Below are positions 50,681 to 62,606 of a stretch of 64,000 nt of DNA, piece by piece (position 1 is the first letter of the stretch; every line of letters begins with the position of its first letter). Source of the DNA: Adineta vaga (Eukaryota > Animalia > Rotifera); the NCBI GenBank assembly GCA_021613535.1, contig CP075494.1, forward strand, positions 15,004,001 to 15,068,000. Direction: 5' to 3'. A model generated the notes under the pieces. It was not told where the DNA came from and did not search any database. It saw only the letters and a program-made list of their open reading frames with translations. A program made the position numbers and the translations under genes.

Positions 50681-52574
50681 CTAACGAATAGGAAAATAAA
50701 CAGTGTAAGTTTGATTAACAATTTCATACAAAGGTAAAAATTGAAATATTGTTCCATCTAAAGCAGTTGTTTCAAATAATAAAGATTCGGATGATGATCG
50801 ATGAATTCTACGAATAAGATTAACATCATTCGATAAGTCTTTTGCTTGATTAATTAATCCTCCAAGAACAATTGGTCCATATAGAATGGAAACTAATTGT
50901 GAATTATCATTAATTGATTCGAAATGTATTTTCATTTCCATGTTATAAACAATTTGATCATTGGATTTCCAAGAGGTTCTGGGAAGTTGAATATAAGTTG
51001 AAGGAATTAGATTAATTTCTTGGCGAATATGATTAATTTCAATCCAAGATTCATTCGAAACAATCCATGATGATACACGTAAATGAATATTCATTAAAAT
51101 TTCATCGAGTGAAGTATTTATCGTAAAATTGGTTGTCGATACTCTTGGAAAAGAAGTTAATTGTTGAAGAATAAATTCTTTTTCTGTCCAATTAACTTCC
51201 GATGAAACAAATAAATTCACATAGATTGATAAATTTCGATAAAAATAAATTGAATCACTCATTTTTGTCCATTGATCAATCGCTGTTGTATAACAACACC
51301 AAAAACTATCAAATTGTGTTCCATAGCCAATCGCTCCACCCCCAACAGATGTTGGTTTACTTACTCCTTCACCTAACGGATAACTGTATAACATATGGCC
51401 GGGTTCATTTGGATCTTGTGTTCCCCAAATACTATTGACATATATTCGTTCGTATGAATTCGCATATGTCACATCTCCTGTCCATTGAATTAACATTCGA
51501 ATTAAACGTAACATATTATACTGAACACAAAATTCTTGATTATTATTCCAAAGTGTTTGAGAAAGAAGATTTGGATCACTGTAATGTTCTTGTTGATAAA
51601 ATCCAACAGATCCATTTCCACCATTTGAACCACCTGTTGAATAAGTATGATTGTTCCATACTATTGAATAGAAATTTTCTATTATAAATCGATATTGTTC
51701 ATCACCAGTTATGGAATAACGTCGACCACTTCCAATAACAGGTGGAACATGTGAATTCGCATGTACACCAGTCAGAAAATCCAATTCAACGCAAGTGCAC
51801 CAAGAAATTGTCCATCATCAAATTGTTCTGCCATCCAAAAATATCGTTTATCACCTGTCAATCCATATTGGTCATATAGAAATTCACTTATTCCACCATA
51901 TTCGTAATCTATGGTACTAAATATCATAGCATGCCAATGCGATAATGGATAAGTTTTCAAACAAAACATCATCCATGTATATAAATAATCCAACATATCA
52001 TTCATCATTTGACCAGCTAAAGTGAATCCAGTCAATGTCGACATATCGGAAAGACCGCGAAGCAGTTTTTCATAACAATAAATAGGTGCCCAAACTTTTT
52101 CTAAACGTTCTAATTTACGTAAGTGCTCCGAAGGCCATGCAGCAAGAAATCCTGATTCATTCAGAAGTCTTTGTACACGATAGAGTTGTTCAACAAGATA
52201 TTGTGCTTTGGATAATTGATGAGTATTATTATACGCAAGATAGGCTTTCACTGATGCTTGTAAGTAGAAAGCAAGAAATACACCACGAATATCACTTGTC
52301 GGTGATTCCCATCCACCTAATGGTTCAATACCTTCAACACTTAGATTTGCATTGACATAATACGTATAAAGTAAACGATCCACTGGTAAAAGATTAGATA
52401 GGCTTGATTTAATTGTTGACCTGAAAGACTAGGTGAATGAGTAGAATTGATTAAATGAACTTGTTGTAGATAAAATGGAAGAAACGTGTTAGGATCATGA
52501 TGAACAATCGATGATGGAATAGGAAGAGAGTGTAAAGAGTATAAAAGGAGAAGGAAAGTAAAAAGTCGTTGCAT
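50681..52574 (-). CDS. GH127/GH146-like beta-L-arabinofuranosidase (DUF1680), secreted, intronless, two 1-nt frameshifts; HGT candidate
   Basis: Three overlapping ORFs join into signal + DRLL, GGWESP..IRG, WAP.Y, HANSH.P, EFCVQYNML, FWCCY, YGPIVL. Confidence 0.85.
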
Positions 52575-52734
52575 GATATTTTCAATGAAATGAAGAGAAT
52601 TGAAATCTTTTATCTAACACGTGTATATATAAATAAACTGATAATATTCAGAATAGTGAAGTATTTATTTATAAACTAAACAAATACGAATAGATTATTA
52701 AGATCTTCCAGTTTCAACTTCATTTAATAGAGAG

Positions 52735-53350
52735 AGTTCTTCTCGATATACTTTTCAAATAAATTCTCCAAATAAACTATTTGCTCATGCAAACCATGCT
52801 CGCATAATAATTGCTAATGGCTAGACAGTTCCATACTCAACATGTGATCTACCTATACCTTCAAGAACTCGTCCACTAAAATACCAGGGATTCTGTTTAT
52901 TCAAAAGAAATTTTCGAGTATTTTGATAAATTGTATCAGTGTTTATTTTCCAAACCGTTTATTTCATATGCATAAATTAAACCATATATGGGATGTTTCA
53001 TTATGATGGATTTATCACGATCATGTAGACTATTGAGTATTGTATTGATATCAGGATCAAATTCATTTGTCCAATTTAAACTTTTGATCAGATGAGATAA
53101 ATGTTTTAATGTATGATAGGCAAAAAATTGTGATGGAATTAAATAAGGCTATATTTAAAGATCATCCCTTGGTCGCCAACATGAATAGATTAATCTTAGA
53201 ACATAACAAAATGAATCTAATGCCCATTTACGTTCATGTATATCTTCATGCATATCTGTATTAACAATATATTTCCATTCACTAGTTCGATCAAAATCTT
53301 CATAGAATCCATTTGCATATGGATCACGATGTGTATTTTGAAGAACTTGT
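52735..53350 (-). pseudogene. Decayed partial duplicate of the GH125 gene with four internal deletions
   Basis: Blocks align to 56015-57140 (e.g. RDPYAN...HERKWALDS, and the FAWANSLFGEFI region with an in-frame stop). Confidence 0.9.
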
Positions 53351-54102
53351 TTCAAAAGAAATGAATATGAAGTATAAAATATCATTGATAGATTTCCAAA
53401 TCAAAGATAATATCTACATTTTTTAATACAATCCAGTGACAAAGGTAAAATAAATATTTGCTTCGTTTCGATTCCGATTTACATGACATATCTAATAATT
53501 TGAGAATTTTTTCTGAAGTTTAAAAATTTCAGATTGAGATCCATATCATTATGTGTTCTATTAGACTAGTTTAGATAGCGTCGATGTTCGTTCTGCGAAT
53601 GAATTGACAAGAAAATACGTACATGTATATATACGCATATGTATTCCAATAACTCGGAACTTAATGATTGAATATTTATTTTAAGAGTAACATTCCTATT
53701 TTCATGTGTTATTTTTAAGGTTCATCTGTGAATCCTATACAAATGTCTTGTGATTTAGGGTTTAGATAAACAGATGCTTTTCTTGCTAATCATGCAGAAA
53801 AATATATGAAAATATCAAATGAAATGAAACAATGACTGTCAATATTAATTGAAGCCTATGATTTGGATAGTATTATGATACTATGTATTTCATATTCACG
53901 AATGAATCACTGAGAGAAAAGAGAAAAGAAAATGGAATAGATAAACAGCGATATGGTATAACGGTTACATATAACTTAGTAGTAGAGTGCTTAACAATGA
54001 ACGAACGGCGTTTCTTCGTGTTAATTCAATTTTGAATAAAATAATCTGTTTTTTTTTCTTTGAAAGAATTCCAGATGTCGTATTCAATTACTAATCGATA
54101 TA

Positions 54103-54801
54103 ACGGGTGCGGCAGAATAAATGGCGGTCTTAGTATTTTGCGACATCTCTCTCATTCCTCATCCGAATAGACCAATTTATTTTCAAAAATTTCCCTGGCT
54201 CAAGCTCTGCAAATCTTCTATTCACTTAATCCGTAAATTTAAAATATATCCAGGTTTTTGGATAATGAAAAGTAAAGACCTTCAAAAGATCGTACTTCAG
54301 AAGCACCAAAAGGGTGGTATTAAGTAGAGACGAAAGTTTCCACAAAAGTAATGGTTTGGTTGGGTGCCTGTTCCAAGGGTATAACACTTCTGGTGATCTC
54401 GGATGAAGATACAGACGATCACGCTTCTTATATCGAAAAAGTGTTTCTCATTGCATTGAAATATGTGAATGCAGTTTTTTCTAGCGACAGGGTCATTCAA
54501 CAGGATGGTGCCCAGCCACAATCGCATAATTTAACACAACAATTGGGTCGAGACAATTTTCCATCGTTTATTGACAAGGATCACTGGCCTCCAAATGGTT
54601 CGGATTTACATCCCTTGAACTATTCAATTGGGGCAAAATCGAATTAAATTCAACAATTAAAATCGTCATTTAAAAAGATTCGCGAATCAGTTGCTTTAGA
54701 AAGTTGCGTTAGTTGGACCAATCGGTTGTATCGTGTTTCTCAAAATGACAGAAATGATATCGACAACATTTTAAGACCACCGTTGATTCTGCCGCACCCA
54801 C
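54103..54801 (+). mobile_element. Internally deleted Tc1/mariner element, DD37D (maT) type
   Basis: Imperfect ~45-bp TIRs (gggtgcggcagaat... / ...attctgccgcaccc), flanking TA, transposase fragment MVWLG...QQDGA-x-WPPNGSDLHPLNYSI with 37 residues between the 2nd D and the degenerate 3rd D. Confidence 0.88.
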
Positions 54802-55137
54802 TAATTATTTCAACAAAAATCCCAAAATGACTGAAACTGACGAAGAAAGAACTCGTAGATTTATCAATATACGATCGAAGACAAAGAAAATGAAAACACA
54901 AATGAGTAAGTATTTACAAAAATACAATTGTTGAAAAATGCTTGAACGATAAACATAAATTTTAATTAGAGTAGTGTTGAATACTTCAGATGAAAGGTGT
55001 TACATTGATTTTCTTCTGAGGCAGATTTTGACAAATAGATTCATTACTACGAGTTTTTCGTAGACTCACAATGTTTAAATATATTTAACAAAACCTTTTT
55101 TATTATAAATTAAATTAATTTTTCTTACACTAGATAA

Positions 55138-55374
55138 CCCAGGTTGACAAATCCGATAGGACCCAACGGGATTCCTGGTGACAGATCTGTAATGGATTCC
55201 GTCTGTAAAATTTCCGTTGGAAGCTGCATACTTTATGAGCGTTCTTTTTAGCTATATTTTATTACGGACTTATGGCCACCTATCGGATCCGCAACCGACA
55301 GAATACGAAATGATTCCGTCACCAGGAATCCGATAGAATCCGGCATGGGATCCGATCGGATTGATCGACCTGGG
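55138..55374. mobile_element. MITE / non-autonomous TIR element with CCCAGG ends (CMC/EnSpm-like)
   Basis: cccaggttgacaaatccgatagga ... tccgatcggattgatcgacctggg; inner inverted pair ggattcctggtgac/gtcaccaggaatcc; GC-rich against flanks. Confidence 0.75.
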
Positions 55375-55977
55375 TAGCAGACATGTTAATAGAAGAGTAT
55401 GCATCTGCTATATTTGAGCAAATAAAATGTGTAACGATAAAAACAGTCCACTCATAATCACGAAGAACCAATCTGTAAGTTTAATATTCTTGGAGATAGT
55501 TTTGTAAATGTGTTTCACTCAATTCTCTATTCATTTCTTTTTATTAATATAATTTGAAACTGTTCTTTTCAGAACGAACATGCACAACAAATGAAACTTG
55601 TTGTAGACCAAAATAATAAAGCAACTTGAACGAATTGAAAAAATTCAACCCTCCAAAAGAAGAAACCAAGAAACTGAAACAAGACAATGAAGATGTGAAG
55701 AAAGTAAATAAGTTTAAAAAGTAAATTTTTGTTTTGTTCTTCTGGAAATAAAACCCTTTTCGGTAGTTTATGTTTAACGCAAACGCACCACTACTAGACT
55801 ATGAAATGCTAGATTTGTTAGGACTATCTAACGCGCAATTTTTGACGAAGTTTGATGAGATATTGCATTGTCTGTGTTGAATCAAATAAAAAGAATTAGA
55901 AATCGTATATATTATGTATTTCTGATAGACTAATAATGTTCACGGTCATATGAATAAATTACAATTCTTCTATATTT

Positions 55978-57603
55978 TCAAAGTCTTTTACTTTCAACTT
56001 TATTCAATAAATATGGTTTTTCTCGATATACTTTCCAAATAAATTCTCCAAATAAACTATTTGCCCATGCAAACCATGCTCGAGTAAATTGTGTTGAATC
56101 ATCCACATGAATTGATTCATGCATATAACCTGTCTCTCCATGTGATCTTTGTAAAATATTTAAACATGAACGAATTTCTTCATCATCATCTGATGTCAAT
56201 CCACGCATAATAACTGCTAATGGCCAGACAGTTCCATACTCAACATGTGATCTACCTATACCTTCAAGAACTCGTCCACTAAAATACCAGGGATTCTGTT
56301 TATCCAAAAGAAATTTTCGAGTATTTTGATAAATTGTATCATTGAGAGAGAATTCAGTTGGGCATAAATAGGGTAGAGAAAGTAAAGAAGGAATAGGCGC
56401 ATCATCCATCCAGTGTTGATTTCCCAAACCGTTTATTTCATATGCATAAATTAAACCATATATGGAATGTTTCATCATGATGGATTTATCAAGATCATAT
56501 AGATTTTTTTCATTAAATAGTTTCTTATGTAAATCATTGGTTATTGTATTGATGTCAAAATCAAATTCATTTGTCCAATTTAAACTTTTGATCAGATGAG
56601 ATAAATGTTTTAATGTATGATAGGCGAAGAATTGTGATGGAATTAAATAAGGATATTCTTGGATATCATCACTAGGTCGAAAATAGGAATAGATTAGACC
56701 ATTTGGTCGAGCTGTATTACCACGAGGATCAACTGGTGCATTTTCTCGTTGAAATGTATACGGTCCTAAACGAAAAACAACGTTTAATTGTACATGATAT
56801 CGTTTTGTTTTTAATGAAATATCAGACTTCGATTGAGTTGAATTACCTGTTCCATTATATCTTCGTTGTACTTTAAATGTTTCAAGAATAATTCGTATCG
56901 TTTTTTGAAATTCTTCTTTATGTTTAAGAAACAATGTTGAATCATAATTAACTTCTTTCCAATATGAATACATTAATCTTAGAACATAACAAAGTGAATC
57001 TAATGCCCATTTACGTTCATGTATACCATCACGCATTTCTGTATTATCTACATGTTTCCATTCACTAATTCGTTCTAGATCTTTGTAAAATGCATTCGCA
57101 TATGGATCACGTTGAACACAAATCAATTGTCGAAGAATAACACCTTCAATTAATAAACGAAGATTCGAATCATATTTCATTAAAGGTAAATAGGGATGAA
57201 TTTGTGCACTGGAATCACGTAACCACATAGCATCAATATCACCTGTGATAACATACGTATCTGGATGATTGTCGGCTCCAGTGTTGGGGTTGAAATCAAC
57301 AGTTGTATCGAGAGTATTGGGAAAACAATTTTCGAATAACCAGGTAAGTTCAGGATTTTTTATATTTTGGTGAATTTCTTTGATCAATGCTTCAACAGCT
57401 GAACTATTAAATCGACGTTTATCTGGAGTTTGACGTACACGAGGGAATGAATGTGTTGAAAAATTTTGAACATGATTGAAAGGTATTGTTAGTTGTTCGG
57501 GAGCGATCAATGGATTCAATAATAGATGGAAGAACGTGGTGATAAAAAGAACTCCAAGAAGAAATAGAATAACATGCACATATTGTCGACAACGTGGCAT
57601 CAT
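55978..57603 (-). CDS. GH125 exo-alpha-1,6-mannosidase family (DUF1237) with N-terminal anchor; one in-frame 81-nt intron; HGT candidate
   Basis: LFENCFPNTLDTT, VITGDIDAMWLRDS, ERKWxLDS, FRPSDD, MDDAxxPSLLS, MHES, FTRAWFAWANSLFGE; intron 56766-56846. Confidence 0.93.
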   Translation of the reverse strand: MMPRCRQYVHVILFLLGVLFITTFFHLLLNPLIAPEQLTIPFNHVQNFSTHSFPRVRQTPDKRRFNSSAVEALIKEIHQNIKNPELTWLFENCFPNTLDTTVDFNPNTGADNHPDTYVITGDIDAMWLRDSSAQIHPYLPLMKYDSNLRLLIEGVILRQLICVQRDPYANAFYKDLERISEWKHVDNTEMRDGIHERKWALDSLCYVLRLMYSYWKEVNYDSTLFLKHKEEFQKTIRIILETFKVQRRYNGTGNSTQSKSDISLKTKRYHVQLNVVFRLGPYTFQRENAPVDPRGNTARPNGLIYSYFRPSDDIQEYPYLIPSQFFAYHTLKHLSHLIKSLNWTNEFDFDINTITNDLHKKLFNEKNLYDLDKSIMMKHSIYGLIYAYEINGLGNQHWMDDAPIPSLLSLPYLCPTEFSLNDTIYQNTRKFLLDKQNPWYFSGRVLEGIGRSHVEYGTVWPLAVIMRGLTSDDDEEIRSCLNILQRSHGETGYMHESIHVDDSTQFTRAWFAWANSLFGEFIWKVYREKPYLLNKVESKRL

Positions 57604-57801
57604 TGAAAAAAGTTCACTTTCGCTTTTACTTTTATTTTATATTATTGAAATCAGCAAACATTTATGTCGGTTTTTCTTTCGAATGAATCGAACATTTGTA
57701 CTCTTTCTTTTCACCTTCAATTCTCTTTCTCCTTTTAGTAAACAAAATCACATGGCTTCTATTTTATTCGTTCAAAGTACTTAAATCGATATAATTTTGA
57801 T

Positions 57802-58155
57802 TTAAACGTAACTCGAAAGAAGATCGTCTTGTTCAGAAATAATCGATGAATTTATCTGATCAATTAAAAATACAATCGGCCGTTGCTTTAATGGCATTTG
57901 GAGTGCATGATATCGCGTTAATTGATTGCGTTCAATAAATTCCAATGGTACTGTCGCCGAATCTGTGGAGATTTGCAGCATATTGAATGCATTCGTAGTG
58001 ATTTTCGTAAGAGAACGAATTTGTCTCTTCAGACGTCGGCGGCGGCGGCGTCGACGACGACGATGTTTTCGTAAAAATTGTTTTCGATTATCATCGATTG
58101 ATGATGTCGATGGCAGCGAAGGTAATTGTTGTCGAAATTTTCGACGTTTCGTCAT
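57802..58155 (-). CDS. Small basic poly-Arg protein, unknown function
   Basis: GC-richer ORF MTKRRKFRQQ...HRRRRRRRRRRLKRQ. Confidence 0.45.
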   Translation of the reverse strand: MTKRRKFRQQLPSLPSTSSIDDNRKQFLRKHRRRRRRRRRRLKRQIRSLTKITTNAFNMLQISTDSATVPLEFIERNQLTRYHALQMPLKQRPIVFLIDQINSSIISEQDDLLSSYV

Positions 58156-58381
58156 TAATTTAAACAAAATAAGAAAAAAACGAAATAGATAATTGTTGCA
58201 TGTTGACAACCAAACTGAAGTTTTTTTTCTTCTGAAATATTTCGTATAGAAAAAAAGAATACACAAATGAAATAGTGAATAGTAAGTAATTCTTCTCATT
58301 CATCAATTCAATAACCAGCTGTGTTCCTATCATCGAGAAACATATTTTCTAGTTATTTGTTTCTTCGCTTATGATTCTATC

Positions 58382-58993
58382 ATGCAATTTCAATTCGTTC
58401 TTTTATGTTTTGTCTTTTATCAATTCTTTATGATCACAGAAACATCAGTCGTTCAAAATAATTCGTTTATTAATGTTCATCTCTATCAATGCAATACGAA
58501 TGAAACGATTAGTAATCATACGATCAGTCTCACCAATACAACATTCCATCCATGTAATTTCAGTTGTTGTGAAACGAGTAAATGAATATTTTTCAATGAA
58601 AAAAAAGAACAACTTTGATGGTTTTTAGGATATTCAAATATATGTGAATTAACTGCTGTATCATCTACTGGTAGATGTCTTGGTCATGCTTGTTATTCTG
58701 GTGCATGTCGGACGTTAATAAATATGACTTCGTATCGAAAGATACCAATTAATAATGTTATTTTTAATAGAAATCTGTCGTCGATCTCATCAATTCATTG
58801 GCCAATATTGTCAAATTTTACACGAATTCAATGGAAAGATAAATACAATACCTCGATACGTTCTAGTCTTTTAATCATATTATTAATTATAAATCTTTCT
58901 CTGACATTAATAACAACATTTATCATTATTAAATCGATCAAGCGTGCAAAATTAATTGCTGAAAGGAAATCACATCGGTATTCATTATTTTAA
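58382..58993 (+). CDS. Small Cys-rich, N-glycosylated single-pass membrane protein
   Basis: Signal peptide, several NxS/T sites, CNFSCC...CLGHACYSGAC, TM and basic tail; three exons. Confidence 0.6.
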
Positions 58994-59073
58994 CTGAACA
59001 AAATAGAATATATTCGATTAAACCTGTTTATTTAAACTAAAGCAAACGATAAATATAAAAATAAACAGTCATT

Positions 59074-59772
59074 TTAACAATTTTGTTCTGTTTGGGTTAC
59101 ACTACCCACATCAGCGCCCATATCTGAGAGAATCTTTTTCAATTCATTAACAACTGTTGGTGCCATTGTCTTTGTACGTCTAAAAAGAAAATCATAATAT
59201 TGAGAAAGTTCATTAAGTAGAGACTTACGAGAGAAGCCAAATGAATTCTAATTTAACGTCAAGGATGGGAATTGTACGACATGCATAGACAAGTGCATAA
59301 TCAGCATAATTTGTGGTAATTACATTATAATCACCTTTTTGAACTAGAAGAAATGATTAATTTTAGAAAGAATCATTGAAAAATGAATCATCGCTTACTT
59401 GGATTATCAAAAGTAACAACAAATGCTGCTGGTTCGGATGCATTTTTTACTCGTGCAGTTCCACGAATACTCGTATAATCACCAAGAAGATTGACAGCTT
59501 GATTCCAAACAGCAACTGATCCATCAGGATTTGGTGTATATGTTGCATTAACACATCGTGATCCAATTTCAAAAATAATATCACTTCGATAAGCTTCATA
59601 CCATAAACCAACATACTAAAACACATTTAAAGAACTAAAAATTTCCATCAAAGTTATATCAACATACTTTTGTCACATCGAAAACTTTTTGTGTAACTAT
59701 TTTTGGGCATTCTTTTGCTAATGATAAACCAGCAAAGGATAAAACGACGAAAGTAATAGCGAAGAATTGCAT
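59074..59772 (-). CDS. Apolipoprotein D-like lipocalin
   Basis: Signal peptide, CP...FDVTK/YVGLWYE, CVNATY, TNYADYALVYAC, WLLSR, terminal QNC. Confidence 0.92.
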
Positions 59773-60187
59773 GATGAATATTCTATTATATTAATGTTAA
59801 CCGTCGACCGTATTTATAGGTGAATGTTATCGAAAAACTATGTTACATAAGCGTATGAGGTATAACGGGGACAAAAACAAAAGTATTACACAACTAATGT
59901 CGTAGATAAGAAATAAAATGAATGCAGTAATCTAAGTCAATATTAGCAGATTGAAGTCTTCACATTAAATCAGAGAATAAAACTTTTTTTAGTTCGATTC
60001 ATAGTACTAATATCATAAGTCACTTTCAATGATGGTATCCTGTTTCTCATATTCAAGGTATGTGAAAAACAGAATCATCCGAAGTCCAACGATCGAAGAA
60101 GAAATGCTTTGTAATCACAGGAAGAGTAGAAAGAAAGCTAAATCAATTCGAAAATTTTCTATTCCATTGTTCATATTAAATATTCAT

Positions 60188-60766
60188 TTACATTTGATAT
60201 TGAAATCGAGTATTATAATTAGTTTTCCACGATAGTAACGGAGCGCCATTTCCATCATAAAATACATCTGCTAAGATTCTAATCCAATCAGTTAACCACC
60301 AGAGAAATGATGTAACACTAAGACTCACATTAATCATATTCGGAATAGTAACAATACCTGATTTTTTCTTCGAAAGATGAAGAATAATAATTGGCCATCC
60401 AATTATACATCCGAATGAAATCAATAATTTGATAATTCCCGCTATAATATATTCAGTTTGTCCACGTGACAAAATAAACCAATCAATACCAAATATTCCC
60501 ACGAAAAATGAAAGTAAAAATGCCGTTAATTTCGTTCGTTGTTCATAATTACAAACATTCATCCATCTCCATGTTATATATCCTCGATGACATTGACAAA
60601 CATAACCTTGACAATAACCATGACCACATTGAAAATCTCCCATACACCATCGTTCCCATCGACGTAGACTCGCATTATTTCTTTCTCTTTGAGGAGTCGA
60701 TTGATTATATCCAACTAGACTCAACAAACTGAATATAATCATTAACAATGAAATCAAAGAACACAT
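60188..60766 (-). CDS. TM2-domain protein with EGF-like Cys motif
   Basis: CGHGYC...CQC..GY, RTKLTAFLLSFFVGIFGIDWFIL, WWLTDWIRIL...DGNG. Confidence 0.85.
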   Translation of the reverse strand: MCSLISLLMIIFSLLSLVGYNQSTPQRERNNASLRRWERWCMGDFQCGHGYCQGYVCQCHRGYITWRWMNVCNYEQRTKLTAFLLSFFVGIFGIDWFILSRGQTEYIIAGIIKLLISFGCIIGWPIIILHLSKKKSGIVTIPNMINVSLSVTSFLWWLTDWIRILADVFYDGNGAPLLSWKTNYNTRFQYQM

Positions 60767-61363
60767 ATCAACAGTAATAAAATCAAAAGTGAATTTCACT
60801 ACTCTGTCTTTCTCTCTTCATGATGAATACTTAATATTTACATACATCCGAAAAAAATTGTATAACTGATTTTTTTATTGATTCTACATATAAATTTAAC
60901 AGTAGAATATTGTCATTTGAATGTTGTATGTGAATATAAATGAAACATGTACATAAAAATCGAATACATTTCGTTAATCATGAGTCATCAAAATCAATCG
61001 TTTCTTTCTTCACACCAATGTGTTTATGTGTAGAATTTTTCTACACAATCGTCTTATATTACATAAATATTCTCTGTCTAGAAAACTATCAGTGAACTCG
61101 TGATTCAAAGAATGAAATCAAGGTGAATAAAGCGTGATATTTTCTCCGAAGTTTATTGTTTTTTTTAAAAAATTTCTTCTCTATTCTTAAAATCATCGGA
61201 GGGTATTACCCTTGTCAATGAGTTTTCTTTTTTTCTTCGTTTTATCAAATCGAATAGAAAAATGGATGTTGTGTTGACACAAGAAGAAAAAAAAACGTCG
61301 CGTATAACTACTCTTACAAGTGAGAAATAATAAACTCATTCGTTTTTATTTCTTTCATCTCAG

Positions 61364-62368
61364 ATGGACGAAACAACATCTCGTGTCAGTGACTTCTATG
61401 TTGCTTGTCGAACGAATAATCGTGAATTAGTTCTCGAATTATTAAATAGTTGTCCATTAGAAGATCTCGATCGAATGGAAGCAAATAATAGTACACCATT
61501 ACATGCGGCAAGTTATCATAATTGTACTGGTATTGTTCAATTATTACTCTCTAGTGGTTTTACACGTTGCGTTCGAAATCGATTTGGAAAGACTCCCTAT
61601 GAAGAAATTCACGATGAAAATAAAGATTTATTCGATCGATATAAGGGAACAAATCGATTCGGTGGGAGGATTTACTTTGAAGAGGAGAAATTAATTTGGA
61701 TCCAATCAGATGGTAATCAACAGACGATTTCCAGAGATTTCTACAATGGTGATTATTTAAAATTTGAACTTTTTCGTGAGGATGAAATCTGTCAACAGTT
61801 ACATGATATGCCACAACTTGATGTTATTCGAAGGTATTTTCGTCATGCGATCGAAGCAAAAAATGCGATTTATTTCATTCAAGCTTACACAGCCGAAACA
61901 TATTTTTATAAACGTATTAATGAATATCTATTAAAGAGAGATCAATATAGAAGTGAGTCGTTTTCGAAATTTGTACAAACAATTGCTTTCAATCGTGAAT
62001 TACATACGAGATATTCATATGAAGGCTTATGTTATCGAAGTATTTGCACATATTCCAACGAGATATTGACTTTATTTGAAAGAGGAAAGAAAATATCCAA
62101 TCGAATGTTTCTCTCAACTATCCAAGATCGAACACTTGCTGAAAATTACATTCAAGAACGAAAAACTGCGGAACAATATGTGATTATGATGATATTCAAA
62201 ATTCGTCATCGTTATACAGCATTAGATATTGAACAGATTTCGGAATTTCCACATGAAAAGGAAATCTTAATTATGTATGATAGTATATTTGAAGTAACAC
62301 AAATTATTGAAAAAAATCAATTGGAATTTGAAATCAGATTATCAGAAATTAAATCAAATTATCGATAG
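61364..62368 (+). CDS. Ankyrin-repeat + arginine-type ADP-ribosyltransferase (R-S-ExE) protein
   Basis: Ankyrin NSTPLHAASYHNCTGIVQLLL and GKTP; ART motifs AYT, CYR, FLST, ISEFPHEKEILI. Confidence 0.85.
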   Translation: MDETTSRVSDFYVACRTNNRELVLELLNSCPLEDLDRMEANNSTPLHAASYHNCTGIVQLLLSSGFTRCVRNRFGKTPYEEIHDENKDLFDRYKGTNRFGGRIYFEEEKLIWIQSDGNQQTISRDFYNGDYLKFELFREDEICQQLHDMPQLDVIRRYFRHAIEAKNAIYFIQAYTAETYFYKRINEYLLKRDQYRSESFSKFVQTIAFNRELHTRYSYEGLCYRSICTYSNEILTLFERGKKISNRMFLSTIQDRTLAENYIQERKTAEQYVIMMIFKIRHRYTALDIEQISEFPHEKEILIMYDSIFEVTQIIEKNQLEFEIRLSEIKSNYR

Positions 62369-62606
62369 AAAGACAAACATTTTTATCTTTCTTTTTGAAT
62401 TTTATACAAAAAAAAATAGTCGAAATAAAAGCAAAACATTTGGCAGTCGAGGAAGTGCGATTGTATGTGAATTTTCCATACCAAATAAAGGAAGTGTATC
62501 AAATTTGAATAGATAAGATAAGCATAAATCATGACCTTTTTATTTCGAGATTTGGGAGTACTATATATAGATAGTTAGTTTACATAGTTTAAATCATTCA
62601 ATAAAA

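Noticed and set aside
54827-55720. Lys/Glu-rich exon-like fragments flanking the MITE
   Set aside because: Short, frameshifted and unassignable; probably decayed gene or TE debris
61262-61363. Upstream exon that could give the ART an MGCC lipidation motif
   Set aside because: Requires two separate single-base corrections; as assembled it is out of frame, so it is treated as UTR
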